NCBI GenBank assembly: GCA_046727155.1
Contig: JBKPCB010000063.1
Span: forward strand, 1-57,543
DNA: 57,543 bases
Direction of reading: 5' to 3'
DNA from: Candidatus Methylomirabilota bacterium
GTDB lineage: Bacteria; Methylomirabilota; Methylomirabilia; Rokubacteriales; CSP1-6
Made by a program: the position numbers and the translations under genes. Below the pieces are notes generated by a model. That model had not been told where the DNA came from and made no database searches. It worked only from the letters and a program-made list of their open reading frames with translations. Positions 47,109-55,737 of this stretch are shown piece after piece. The first letter of the stretch is position 1. Each line of letters starts with the position of its first letter.

Positions 47109-48388
47109 TGCGGACCGACGCCCCGCGGCCCATCAACCTCGACTGGGCCAGCCGCGACATCCGCCACGTCCTCGACCGGGCGCTGGATGGCGGCGAGCTG
47201 TCCGTGGAGGATGGAATCCGACTGGCGGCGGCGACCGGCCGGGATCTCCAGGCGCTGACGCTCGTTGCGGACGAGCTGCGACGGCGCCACGCCGGCGACG
47301 TCGTGACCTATGTCGTCAACCGCAACATCAACTTCACCAATGTTTGCATCAAGCACTGCACGTTCTGCGCCTTCAGCCGCGACCACCGCGAGGAGGAGGG
47401 CTATTTCCTCCCCATGGACGAGGTGGTCCGCCGCGCGATCGAGGCCTGGGAAATGGGCGCGACCGAAGTTTGCATCCAGGCGGGCCTGCCGCCGAAGCTC
47501 GACGGCAATTACTACATTGACCTGTGCCGCGCCATCAAGGCCGCCGTGCCCGAGATGCATCTGCACGCCTTCTCCCCGGAGGAAATCCTGTACGGCTCGA
47601 TGCGCTCCGGCATGCCGATCCCGGCATACCTCGCCGAGCTCAAGCGCGCGGGGCTCGGGACACTCCCGGGCACGTCGGCCGAGATCCTGGATCAGGAGAT
47701 CCGCGACCTGATCGCCCGAGGCCGGATCACCGTCGCCCAGTGGGTCGAGGTGATCACGGCGGCCCACGCCCAGGGCATCCGGACAACCTCCACCATCATG
47801 TACGGCCACGTGGAGCGCACCGAGCACTGGATCCGGCACATGAGCCTGCTCCGCGACATCCAGAAGGAGACGGCCGGCTTTACCGAGTTCGTCCCGCTCT
47901 CCCTCATCCACCAGGAGGCGCCCATGTACCGACGCGGGCTCGTGCCCGGCGTACGGACCGGCGCGACCGGACTCGAGGTGGTGAAGATGCACGCCATCGC
48001 GCGCCTCTTCCTCGGCCCCACCTTCCGCAACATCCAGTGCTCGTGGGTCAAGGAGGGACCCAAGCTCGCCCAGTATCTGCTCGCCGCCGGGGCGAACGAC
48101 GTGGGCGGCACGCTCATCAACGAGTCCATTTCGACGTCAGCCGGCGCCGCTTACGGCCAGCTGGTGCCACCCGCGGAGCTGCGTCGGCTCATTCGGGATG
48201 CAGGGCGCGTCCCCGCTCAGCGCAATACGGTCTATGAACTGCTCAAGCTCTACCGCAGCGAGGCGGACGAGGAGGACTCGCCGCTGGATCACGTGGACGA
48301 TGCCGAGGCGCGCTTCGGCTCCTATCGCCTCCTGGCCGCGTCGGGGAAGTTCCGCTTCCCGCACCCGCTGCGCAGTTCGGAGGGATGA
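47108..48388 (+). CDS. cofH: FO synthase subunit CofH (radical SAM)
   Basis: TYVVNRNINFTNVCIKHCTFC, HAFSPEE, PGTSAEIL, TEFVPL, SWVKEG, GGTLINESIS; coupled to cofG. Confidence 0.92.
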   Translation: MRTDAPRPINLDWASRDIRHVLDRALDGGELSVEDGIRLAAATGRDLQALTLVADELRRRHAGDVVTYVVNRNINFTNVCIKHCTFCAFSRDHREEEGYFLPMDEVVRRAIEAWEMGATEVCIQAGLPPKLDGNYYIDLCRAIKAAVPEMHLHAFSPEEILYGSMRSGMPIPAYLAELKRAGLGTLPGTSAEILDQEIRDLIARGRITVAQWVEVITAAHAQGIRTTSTIMYGHVERTEHWIRHMSLLRDIQKETAGFTEFVPLSLIHQEAPMYRRGLVPGVRTGATGLEVVKMHAIARLFLGPTFRNIQCSWVKEGPKLAQYLLAAGANDVGGTLINESISTSAGAAYGQLVPPAELRRLIRDAGRVPAQRNTVYELLKLYRSEADEEDSPLDHVDDAEARFGSYRLLAASGKFRFPHPLRSSEG

Positions 48389-48418
48389 CGCCGCGAGCGG
48401 TTCGACGCAAGGTTGCTG

Positions 48419-48447
48419 TTGAGGAGTCCGCGCCGGTTGAGTAGAAT
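48419..48447 (+). promoter_or_regulatory. sigma70 promoter of hup
   Basis: TTGAGG-17 nt-TAGAAT upstream of an SD-led hup. Confidence 0.55.
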
Positions 48448-48527
48448 ACGGCACTGGCTTCGCGGAATCCGCGACCGACCTTGACGGCTCTGCCGTTCAC
48501 TCTCAACCTCACAACGGAGAGGATCAC

Positions 48528-48815
48528 ATGGCCAAATCGATGACCAAGTCCGCCATCATCGCGCATCTCGCGGAGAAGACCGAGCTGTCCAAGAAGCAGG
48601 TGACGGACGTCATGGACCAGCTTCTCGCCCTCGCCATGAAGGAGGCGAAGAACGTCTTCGTCGTCCCCAACTTCGGCCGGCTCGTGCTCGCGAACCGCAA
48701 GGCCCGGATGGGTCGCAATCCGCAGACGGGCGAGCCGCTCAAGATCCCGGCCAAGCGCGTCGTGAAGTTCCGCCTCGCGAAGTCGCTCAAGGACGCGGTG
48801 CTTGGAAAGAAGTAG
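48528..48815 (+). CDS. hup: HU-family nucleoid-associated protein
   Basis: MTKSAII, FGRL, RKARMGRNPQTGEPLKIPAKRVVKF. Confidence 0.93.
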   Translation: MAKSMTKSAIIAHLAEKTELSKKQVTDVMDQLLALAMKEAKNVFVVPNFGRLVLANRKARMGRNPQTGEPLKIPAKRVVKFRLAKSLKDAVLGKK

Positions 48816-49308
48816 GACCTGGGGAGAGCTCGCGTTTCGCCCTCTGGCGGCGCCCTGGAGCGAGGCCCTCGAGCTGTTCGGCTTCGCTGGCGCCTCCGCG
48901 CCGGCACCCGCCGGCGTGGAAGCCGGCTGGGGCGCGTGGGACGGCTCGCGACTTGTCGGCACCCTTCTGTTCGAGCGCTCGGACCTGGTGGCGCTGCTGC
49001 ACGGGCCGGTGATGGTCGCCCCGCCGACCACCTCTCCGGAGGCTGTGCTCGATGCGGCCGAGCGGCTCTTGGCCGAAGCCCTGGCTCACGCCGGGCGCGC
49101 CGCGATCGCCACGGTCTTCACCCGACCGCAGGGCCTGGACCGGCTTTGGGTGCGCGCGGGGTTCATCCCGGTGCCCGAGGCCGAGCTCCCCGGCGCCCTT
49201 CGAGGGCGGCCGGGCGTGGGGCTCTTCGGCTGGCGTGGCGGCACGGCCCTCTGGAGCACGGCGAGCCGCGGCGCCCCGCGCGGCAATTCAATGGCCTCCG
49301 ACCGCTGA
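48802..49308 (+). CDS. Hypothetical protein, possibly degenerate GNAT fold (start uncertain)
   Basis: GWGAWDGSRLVG, ALLHGPV, AERLLAEAL, WVRAGF resemble GNAT elements; fills the hup-cofD gap. Confidence 0.55.
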   Translation: MERSRTWGELAFRPLAAPWSEALELFGFAGASAPAPAGVEAGWGAWDGSRLVGTLLFERSDLVALLHGPVMVAPPTTSPEAVLDAAERLLAEALAHAGRAAIATVFTRPQGLDRLWVRAGFIPVPEAELPGALRGRPGVGLFGWRGGTALWSTASRGAPRGNSMASDR

Positions 49309-49321
49309 TCCGGAGCGCCCC

Positions 49322-50248
49322 GTGCAGCTCGTCGCGCTAGCCGGCGGAACCGGGGCCGCAAAGCTTCTCCGCGGCCTGAGTTGCCTGGTGCCGCCGCGGG
49401 ACCTTACCATCGTCGTTAATACCGGCGACGACACCGAGCTTTGGGGGCTGCACATCTCCCCCGATCTCGATACCGTCTGCTACACGCTGGCGGGAGTCAT
49501 CGATGCAGCCCGCGGCTGGGGGCTTGCCGACGAGACGTTCCAGGCCCTCGGCCAGATGGCGCGCTTCGGCGAGCCCAGCTGGTTCAGCCTGGGCGATCGC
49601 GATCTCGCAACTCATCTCCACCGCACCCGCCTGCTCCGCGAAGGCCGCACCTTGAGCGACGCCACCGCCGCAATCGGAGCGGCGCTCGGCGTGAAGTCGC
49701 GGATTCTCCCGATGTCGGATCAGCCGGTGCGGACCCGTGTGCTCGGGCCGGATGGCTGGCTGGACTTTCAGGAGTACTTCGTTCGGGAGAAGGCTCAGGT
49801 CGAAGTGCGCGACGTCGCCTATGACGGCAGCGGCGCGGCCAGCGCGGCGGCCGGAGTGCTCGAAGCCATCGCGGGCGCGCGCGCGGTGATCGTTTGCCCG
49901 TCGAATCCCGTCACGTCCATCGGGCCGATTCTCGCCGTGCCCGGGATCACCGATGCCCTCACTCGGAGCGCGGCGAGCATCATCGCCGTGAGCCCGATCG
50001 TCGGCGGCAACGCCGTCTCCGGTCCCGCCGGACCTCTCATGGCGTCGCGCGGTTTGTCCGTCTCCGCCGCCGGCGTTGCCCGCGCCTACGCGCCCTGGCT
50101 CGACGTGCTGATCCTCGACGAGCGGGACCGCGAAGAAATCCCCGAAGTCCTCCAGCTCGGCGTCTCCCCGGTCACCGCGCAGACCATCATGGCGACGCGC
50201 GAGGACGAGATCGCCCTGGCGCGCCGGGTGCTGGAGGCCCTGGCGTGA
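49322..50248 (+). CDS. cofD: 2-phospho-L-lactate/PEP transferase CofD (FbiA)
   Basis: LAGGTGAAK, NTGDD, ISPDLDT, LGDRDLATH, FQEYFV, PSNPVTSIGPIL. Confidence 0.95.
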   Translation: MQLVALAGGTGAAKLLRGLSCLVPPRDLTIVVNTGDDTELWGLHISPDLDTVCYTLAGVIDAARGWGLADETFQALGQMARFGEPSWFSLGDRDLATHLHRTRLLREGRTLSDATAAIGAALGVKSRILPMSDQPVRTRVLGPDGWLDFQEYFVREKAQVEVRDVAYDGSGAASAAAGVLEAIAGARAVIVCPSNPVTSIGPILAVPGITDALTRSAASIIAVSPIVGGNAVSGPAGPLMASRGLSVSAAGVARAYAPWLDVLILDERDREEIPEVLQLGVSPVTAQTIMATREDEIALARRVLEALA

Positions 50249-50904
50249 GGCTCCTCGCGGCCGTGCCCGTCAAAGACCTGGTCAATGCCAAGCAGCGCCT
50301 GATCTCTTTCCTCTCGGCCCGGGAGCGACGCGAGCTGGCACGCGCGATGCTCGACGATGTTCTCGAGGCTCTCGTCACGGCTCTTCCCGGGTCCGTCGTC
50401 GTGGTCACGGCGGATGCGGAGGTCATGGAGCTGGCGCGGCGCCGTGGCGCCGACTGCCTGATCGAGCGCGCCAACCGCGGCCATACGGAGGCCGTGGCGC
50501 TCGCCCAACAGTCGGCGCGCGCGGAGGGGCTCGACGGATTCCTCACCATTCCGGGCGACGCGCCCTGCGTGACGGCCGGAGAGGTCTCGACGCTCGTGGC
50601 GGCGCTCGCGAACCAGGGCGGCGTCGCCTTCGTGCCGTCGCTCTCGGGCTTCGGCACCAATGCCGCGCTGCTGGCGCCGCCGGACCTCATGCCGCTGAAA
50701 TTCGGGGAACCGTCCTTTGAGAATCACCTCGAGGCGGCGCGCGAGCGCGGCCTCGATCCCGTCGTGCTGCGACTACCCGGGATCGGCCTCGACATCGACT
50801 CGCCCGACGACTTGCGGCTGCTGCTCGGCGGCGGGACTCCCACCCGGAGCGCCGCGCTGCTGCGGACCTGGGATATCCCCGCCCGCTTCGCGCGCCGCTC
50901 CTAG
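50245..50904 (+). CDS. cofC: Guanylyltransferase CofC (FbiD)
   Basis: VPVKDLVNAKQRL, PGD, GTNA, FGEPSF-H, DIDSPDDL; GTGA overlap. Confidence 0.92.
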   Translation: MRLLAAVPVKDLVNAKQRLISFLSARERRELARAMLDDVLEALVTALPGSVVVVTADAEVMELARRRGADCLIERANRGHTEAVALAQQSARAEGLDGFLTIPGDAPCVTAGEVSTLVAALANQGGVAFVPSLSGFGTNAALLAPPDLMPLKFGEPSFENHLEAARERGLDPVVLRLPGIGLDIDSPDDLRLLLGGGTPTRSAALLRTWDIPARFARRS

Positions 50905-50906
50905 CC

Positions 50907-51659
50907 GTGCCGCCGCGCTACGAAGTCATCGGCGTCGAGGGGCTGCCAGAGATCACCCGCGGCGACGACCTCGCCCGCCTGATCTGGGAATCGGCGGCGC
51001 GGCAGGGCACGCCGCTGTCCGCCCGGGATCTCCTAGTCGTCAGCCAGAAGATCATCTCCAAATCGGAAGGCCGCGTCGTCCGGCTGTCGGCCGTCACGCC
51101 CTCGCCCCGGGCGCAGGCCGTCGCCGCCGAGCTCGGACGCGATCCCCGGTTGATCGAAGTCATCCTCGCCGAAAGCCGCCGCGTGGTGCGCCAGGACATG
51201 GGCGTGCTGATTGTCGAGACGCACCACGGCTGGGTATGCGCCAATGCCGGCGTGGACCAAAGCAATGTGGACGCCGACACGGCCTGCCTGCTGCCGGAGG
51301 ACGCCGATCGCTCGGCGCGGGCGCTGCGCGAGCGGCTCGCCGCACTGACGCACCTCGATCTCGCCATCGTCGTCGCGGACACCTTCGGGCGGCCGTGGCG
51401 CGAAGGCCTCACCAATGTCGCCGTCGGCGTGGCCGGCTTCCGCCCCCTGAAGAGCTACCTCGGCGAGCAGGATCCCGCCGGCCACGTGCTGCAGGCCACG
51501 ATCCTCGCGCTTGCCGACGAGCTCGCCGGCGCCGCCGAGCCGGTCATGGGCAAGCTCAAGCGGATCCCTGTCGTCATCATTCGCGGGCTGGACTGGGAGG
51601 CCAGCGACGGCAGCAGCCGCGAGCTTCTCCGCGACGCCGCGCGCGACCTGTTTCGTTAG
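50907..51659 (+). CDS. cofE: F420-0:gamma-glutamyl ligase CofE (single domain)
   Basis: SQKIISKSEGR, ANAGVDQSN, LLPEDAD, DTFGRPWR, ADELA, DLFR end. Confidence 0.95.
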   Translation: MPPRYEVIGVEGLPEITRGDDLARLIWESAARQGTPLSARDLLVVSQKIISKSEGRVVRLSAVTPSPRAQAVAAELGRDPRLIEVILAESRRVVRQDMGVLIVETHHGWVCANAGVDQSNVDADTACLLPEDADRSARALRERLAALTHLDLAIVVADTFGRPWREGLTNVAVGVAGFRPLKSYLGEQDPAGHVLQATILALADELAGAAEPVMGKLKRIPVVIIRGLDWEASDGSSRELLRDAARDLFR

Positions 51660-51682
51660 CCGCCGGACCGAGGAAGGGGCGC

Positions 51683-52333
51683 ATGCGCATCGGCATCGTC
51701 GGAGGGACGGGCAAGGAAGGGTCAGGGCTCGGGCTGCGCTGGGCCGTGGCGGGGCACGAAGTGATCATCGGCTCGCGTGACGCCGAGCGCGCCCGGGGCA
51801 AGGGCGCCGAGCTCGCCGCCGCCGTGCCCCACGCTCGAGCGATCGGGATGTCCAACCGCGACGCGGCGGCCGCCGCGGATGTCGTGGTTCTGACCTTGCC
51901 GGCGAATGGCCTCGGGGCAATCCTGCCCGACATCAGGGACGCCTGCCGCGGCAAAGTCGTGATCAGCACCGTTGTTCCGCTGACCTTTGGCGGGGACCGC
52001 CTCTTCACGCCGCCGCCCCAGGGCTCCTCGGCCGAGGAAGCGCAGGACATCCTCGGCCCCGATGCCCGAGTGGTGGCAGCCTTTCACCACATCGCCGCCC
52101 ACGAGCTCGCCGCCGGCGACCAGTCGATCGAGTGCGACCTGCTGTTCTGCGGAGGCGACGCCGACGCCAAGCAACTGGTCGCCAAGCTGGCCGCCTCCAT
52201 GGGGCTTCGCGCGGTGGACGCGGGCCCCTTGAGCAATGCCGGCCCGCTCGAGGGCATAACCGCGGTGCTCGCCACCATCAACCGCCGCTACAAGCTGAAG
52301 AACTCCGGCATCAAAATCACCGGTCTCCCCTAG
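51683..52333 (+). CDS. npdG: NADPH-dependent F420 reductase (Fno)
   Basis: GGTGKEGSGL, IGSR, VVPL, SSAEE, AFHHI, INRRYK-GIKITG. Confidence 0.92.
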   Translation: MRIGIVGGTGKEGSGLGLRWAVAGHEVIIGSRDAERARGKGAELAAAVPHARAIGMSNRDAAAAADVVVLTLPANGLGAILPDIRDACRGKVVISTVVPLTFGGDRLFTPPPQGSSAEEAQDILGPDARVVAAFHHIAAHELAAGDQSIECDLLFCGGDADAKQLVAKLAASMGLRAVDAGPLSNAGPLEGITAVLATINRRYKLKNSGIKITGLP

Positions 52334-52350
52334 ACAGAGAGGATCGAGGC

Positions 52351-53442
52351 ATGCCCGAAGAGCCCGTCATCGTTTCAGCCCGGCGCCTCACCGACTTCAT
52401 CGTCTCGGTGCTAGAGGCCCTCAAGATGTCGCCGAAGAACGCCGCCCTCACCGCCGAGCTCATGGTGCGCACCGACCTGCGAGGCGTGGACTCTCACGGC
52501 ATCGGCATGCTGCCCAGGTACGTGGAGTGGACCCGCGCCGGCTTCATCCATCCCTGGGCCGAACCGGCGGTGGTGCGGGACGAGCTGGCCACCGCCCTGG
52601 TGGATGGGCGGAAGGGTCTCGGCCATCCCGTCTCGGTCATGGCCATGCAGCTCGCCATCACCAAGGCCGAGACCTACGGCCTCGGGATCGTGGCCGTCCG
52701 AAACTCGAATCACTTCGGCGCCTGCGCGAATTACTCGATGATGGCCCTCGAGCGCGGCATGATCGGCCTCGCCTTCACCAACTCTCCCTTCGTCGCCATG
52801 GTGCCCACATTCGCAAAGAAGCCCATGATGGGGACCAACCCGCTGAGCCTGGCCGCGCCAGCGCGCAGCCATGCGCCGTTCGTTCTCGACATGGCCACGT
52901 CGACCGTCGCGGTCGGTAAGCTCACCATCGCTTCGCGATGGAACAAGCCCATCCCCGCCGGCTGGGCACTCGACGAGACCGGAACGCCGACGACAGACGC
53001 CAGGGCGGCCCTCACGACGCGGCTGCTCTCGCCGCTCGGCGGCACCCGCGAGCTCGGAGGTCACAAGGGCTATGGCCTCGGCGTGCTCGTAGACGTCCTC
53101 TCCGGTGTGCTCTCCGGCGGAGTCTACGGCAATCTCTTCGACCGGAGCGGCATGCGCGCGAAGCAGCAGCTCAATACGGGCCACTGTTTCGCCGCGATCG
53201 ACATCAAGCGCTTCCGGCCGGTCGAGGAATTCCAGGCGGCTATGGACGACATGCTCGGCGCGCTCAACGCCGCACCCCGGGCCGACGGGCAGGAGCGCGT
53301 CTACACCGCAGGCGAGCCGGAAGCGGAAACCGAAGCCCTGCGCCGCCGGCACGGCATCCCGCTGGCGCCGGCGCTCGTCACGCAGGTGAACGGAATCGCC
53401 GTCGATCTGAGCGTCGGGCCCCTGACTGCAGGGCTCGCCTAG
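52351..53442 (+). CDS. Ldh_2-family (malate/lactate/ureidoglycolate/sulfolactate) dehydrogenase
   Basis: DLRGVDSHG, NSNHFG, GTNPL, LDMATS, GGHKGYGL, GEPE. Confidence 0.92.
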   Translation: MPEEPVIVSARRLTDFIVSVLEALKMSPKNAALTAELMVRTDLRGVDSHGIGMLPRYVEWTRAGFIHPWAEPAVVRDELATALVDGRKGLGHPVSVMAMQLAITKAETYGLGIVAVRNSNHFGACANYSMMALERGMIGLAFTNSPFVAMVPTFAKKPMMGTNPLSLAAPARSHAPFVLDMATSTVAVGKLTIASRWNKPIPAGWALDETGTPTTDARAALTTRLLSPLGGTRELGGHKGYGLGVLVDVLSGVLSGGVYGNLFDRSGMRAKQQLNTGHCFAAIDIKRFRPVEEFQAAMDDMLGALNAAPRADGQERVYTAGEPEAETEALRRRHGIPLAPALVTQVNGIAVDLSVGPLTAGLA

Positions 53443-54128
53443 CGCCCGAGCAAGACCTGCATCACCCGATCGACGTCAGCGAGGTCGTCGAAGAAGAGAT
53501 CTGGCTGCTCGGCGAGCAGCTGCTCACGCGCGTATTGACCGGTGGCCACAGCCACCGCCACGGCGCCGAAGGCCCGGGCGCAGTCGATGTCGTGCGGCGT
53601 GTCGCCGATCACGACGACGTCTGGCGGCTGAAACGCGTGCCCCACGAGGGCCTGGGCCCGGCGCGCCGCCAGCGAGGGCAAACGCCGTCGATCCAGATCG
53701 TCAGAGCCAAAGGCCCCGACGGGAAAGAAGGGCCAGAGGCCCGCCGGCCCGAGCTTGATGCGGGCCCCTTCCTCGATATTGCCCGTCACGAGACCGATCA
53801 GCGCGCCTTGGGCGCGATCCAGCCGCCGCACGAGCTCGGCCACACCCGGCAGCGTGATCACGGCCGAGCCGTCGCCGATCTCCGCAACCAAGCCGCGCGC
53901 GTACTCCTCGAAGACCTCATCGAGCCGTGGCTTCACAGCCTCTCGCGGGATCCCCGCCGCCTCCATCACGTCGAATACGATGCGCTGATCCGTCCTGCCG
54001 CGGAGGTCGTACTCCTCGATCGCGCCGGCCGTGCCGAAGACGCGCTCGAGGGCGGCCTTGAAGGCCCGGCGGCCCGCGCCCCGGGCGGACACGAGCGTGC
54101 CGTCGATGTCGAAGAGCAGGAGGCGCAT
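53439..54128 (-). CDS. HAD-superfamily phosphatase
   Basis: FDIDGTL, GRTD, VTGN, IGDTPHD. Confidence 0.9.
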   Translation of the reverse strand: MRLLLFDIDGTLVSARGAGRRAFKAALERVFGTAGAIEEYDLRGRTDQRIVFDVMEAAGIPREAVKPRLDEVFEEYARGLVAEIGDGSAVITLPGVAELVRRLDRAQGALIGLVTGNIEEGARIKLGPAGLWPFFPVGAFGSDDLDRRRLPSLAARRAQALVGHAFQPPDVVVIGDTPHDIDCARAFGAVAVAVATGQYAREQLLAEQPDLFFDDLADVDRVMQVLLGR

Positions 54129-54135
54129 CCAGGAG

Positions 54136-55317
54136 CTAGCGCGGCAGCGTCAGGGCGAGAGAGCGGAGGCGCGACACGATGGGCGGGAGGCGTTCCAGCA
54201 GGGCATCGACGTCGGCCGCCGTGCTCCACCGCCCCAGGGTGAAGCAGAGCGAGCCGGCCATCTCCTCCGGCGTGCAGCCGACAGCGCGGAGGACATGGGA
54301 CGGCGTCTGAGTCAGCGACGAGCAAGCCGAGCCTGACGAGGCGGAGACCCCAGCCAGGTCGAGATCGAGCAGCACGCTGTCGGCCTTCACGCCGCGCAGC
54401 ACGACGCTGACGTGATGCGGCAGCCGCGTGGTCCGCGATCCGGTGAGACGGCAATTCGGAACGGCCTCGACGAGGCCCGTGATGAGCCGGTCGCGCAGCG
54501 ATTTGAGTCGCGCCACCTCCTCGTGGGCCAGCGTGCGCATCAGCTCAGCCGCCACACCCAGCCCGACCAGGCTCGGCAGGTTCTCGGTGCCGGAGCGCAG
54601 GCCGCCCTCCTGCCCGCCGCCCAGCAGCTGCGGCAGAAGCTTGATGCCGGGCCTGACCCAGAGCGCGCCGGTGCCGGGCGGCCCGTAGATGTCGTTGCCC
54701 GAGAGCGTGAGGAGGTCGACGCCGGCGGCTTGCGCATTCAGCGGCGCGCGCCCGAGCGCGCCGACCGCGTCGACGTGAAATGGCACGCCCGCCGCCCGCG
54801 TGAGTCGGCCAATCTCGGCAAGCGGCTGAAGCGTGCCGATCTCATTGCTGGCCGCGCCGACCGAGACGAGAACGGTCTCGGCAGTGAGCGCGCCGCGGAC
54901 CGCCTCGGGATCCACGCGTCCCTCCCTGTCTACCGGAAGAAAGGTGAGCGCCGCGCCGGCTTTCTCCAGATCGCGACAGGCGTTGACCACCGAAACGTGC
55001 TCGACCGACGAGAGCACCACCCGGGCCCCGCGCGCTTCGCGGGCTCGGAGCGCGACTCCGCGAATCGCCAGGTTGTTGGCCTCGGTGGCGCACGAGGTGA
55101 AGATTACTCCGGCCGGCGAGCCCCCGCAGAGGCGACCGACCTTTGCCCGCGCGGCGTCCAATGACTCGCGCGCCTCGGCTCCCAGCGAGTGACGGGCGGA
55201 TGGGTTGCCGATGCCGGCCTCGAGGAAAGGGCGCATGACCGCCAGGACCCGGGGATCGACTGGGGAGAAGCCCGAGTAGTCCAGGTAGACCCGCTCGGGC
55301 TGGGCTGCGCCGGGCAC
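54136..55317 (-). CDS. IscS/NifS-like cysteine desulfurase homolog lacking the PLP Schiff-base Lys
   Basis: YLDY, GNPS, ATEANN, VEH, NEIGTLQP, HVDAV, RSGTEN, SGSAC; SGNDIYGP replaces SxHKxYGP. Confidence 0.9.
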   Translation of the reverse strand: MPGAAQPERVYLDYSGFSPVDPRVLAVMRPFLEAGIGNPSARHSLGAEARESLDAARAKVGRLCGGSPAGVIFTSCATEANNLAIRGVALRAREARGARVVLSSVEHVSVVNACRDLEKAGAALTFLPVDREGRVDPEAVRGALTAETVLVSVGAASNEIGTLQPLAEIGRLTRAAGVPFHVDAVGALGRAPLNAQAAGVDLLTLSGNDIYGPPGTGALWVRPGIKLLPQLLGGGQEGGLRSGTENLPSLVGLGVAAELMRTLAHEEVARLKSLRDRLITGLVEAVPNCRLTGSRTTRLPHHVSVVLRGVKADSVLLDLDLAGVSASSGSACSSLTQTPSHVLRAVGCTPEEMAGSLCFTLGRWSTAADVDALLERLPPIVSRLRSLALTLPR

Positions 55318-55321
55318 GTCG

Positions 55322-55573
55322 CTACCGTGTCTTCCGAACCAGGAACCGGTAGATCCCTTCTTCGTGCAGCAGGTCGACGAGGTCGTGGCCGGTGATGTGG
55401 ACCCAGCTTTTCATGTCGGCCTCCGAAGCCGGATCATCAGAGCGCATCTCCAGCAGCTGGCCGACGGCCATCTGCTGGATGGCTTCCCGGGTCTTCACGA
55501 TCGGCATGGGGCAGAAGAGCCCAATGCAATCGATCTGCCTGTCAGCATTGAAGACTTTCGACTCCTGCGCCAT
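55322..55573 (-). CDS. tusA: TusA-family sulfur carrier
   Basis: DCIGLFCPMP, SDDPASEADM; TTGACG-18-TACGGT promoter ends 8 nt before the ATG. Confidence 0.9.
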   Translation of the reverse strand: MAQESKVFNADRQIDCIGLFCPMPIVKTREAIQQMAVGQLLEMRSDDPASEADMKSWVHITGHDLVDLLHEEGIYRFLVRKTR

Positions 55574-55737
55574 AAGGCGTTACCGTACCCTAGGCCTTGC
55601 GGCCCCGTCAAGGAGCCGAGCTGGGGCCTGCCCGGCCCCGAAATATTCCTTCCGGGGGCCCGGGACCCCGCTATTCTGAAGAGCATGACCGACGGCCGAG
55701 CGGTACACCGCCCCGACCGGACGAACTGACCAGCCCC

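Noticed and set aside
47108-48388. cofH as mqnC/mqnE (futalosine pathway radical SAM)
   Set aside because: Directly coupled to cofG within a full cof cluster, and it has the GGTLINESIS CofH-type motif.
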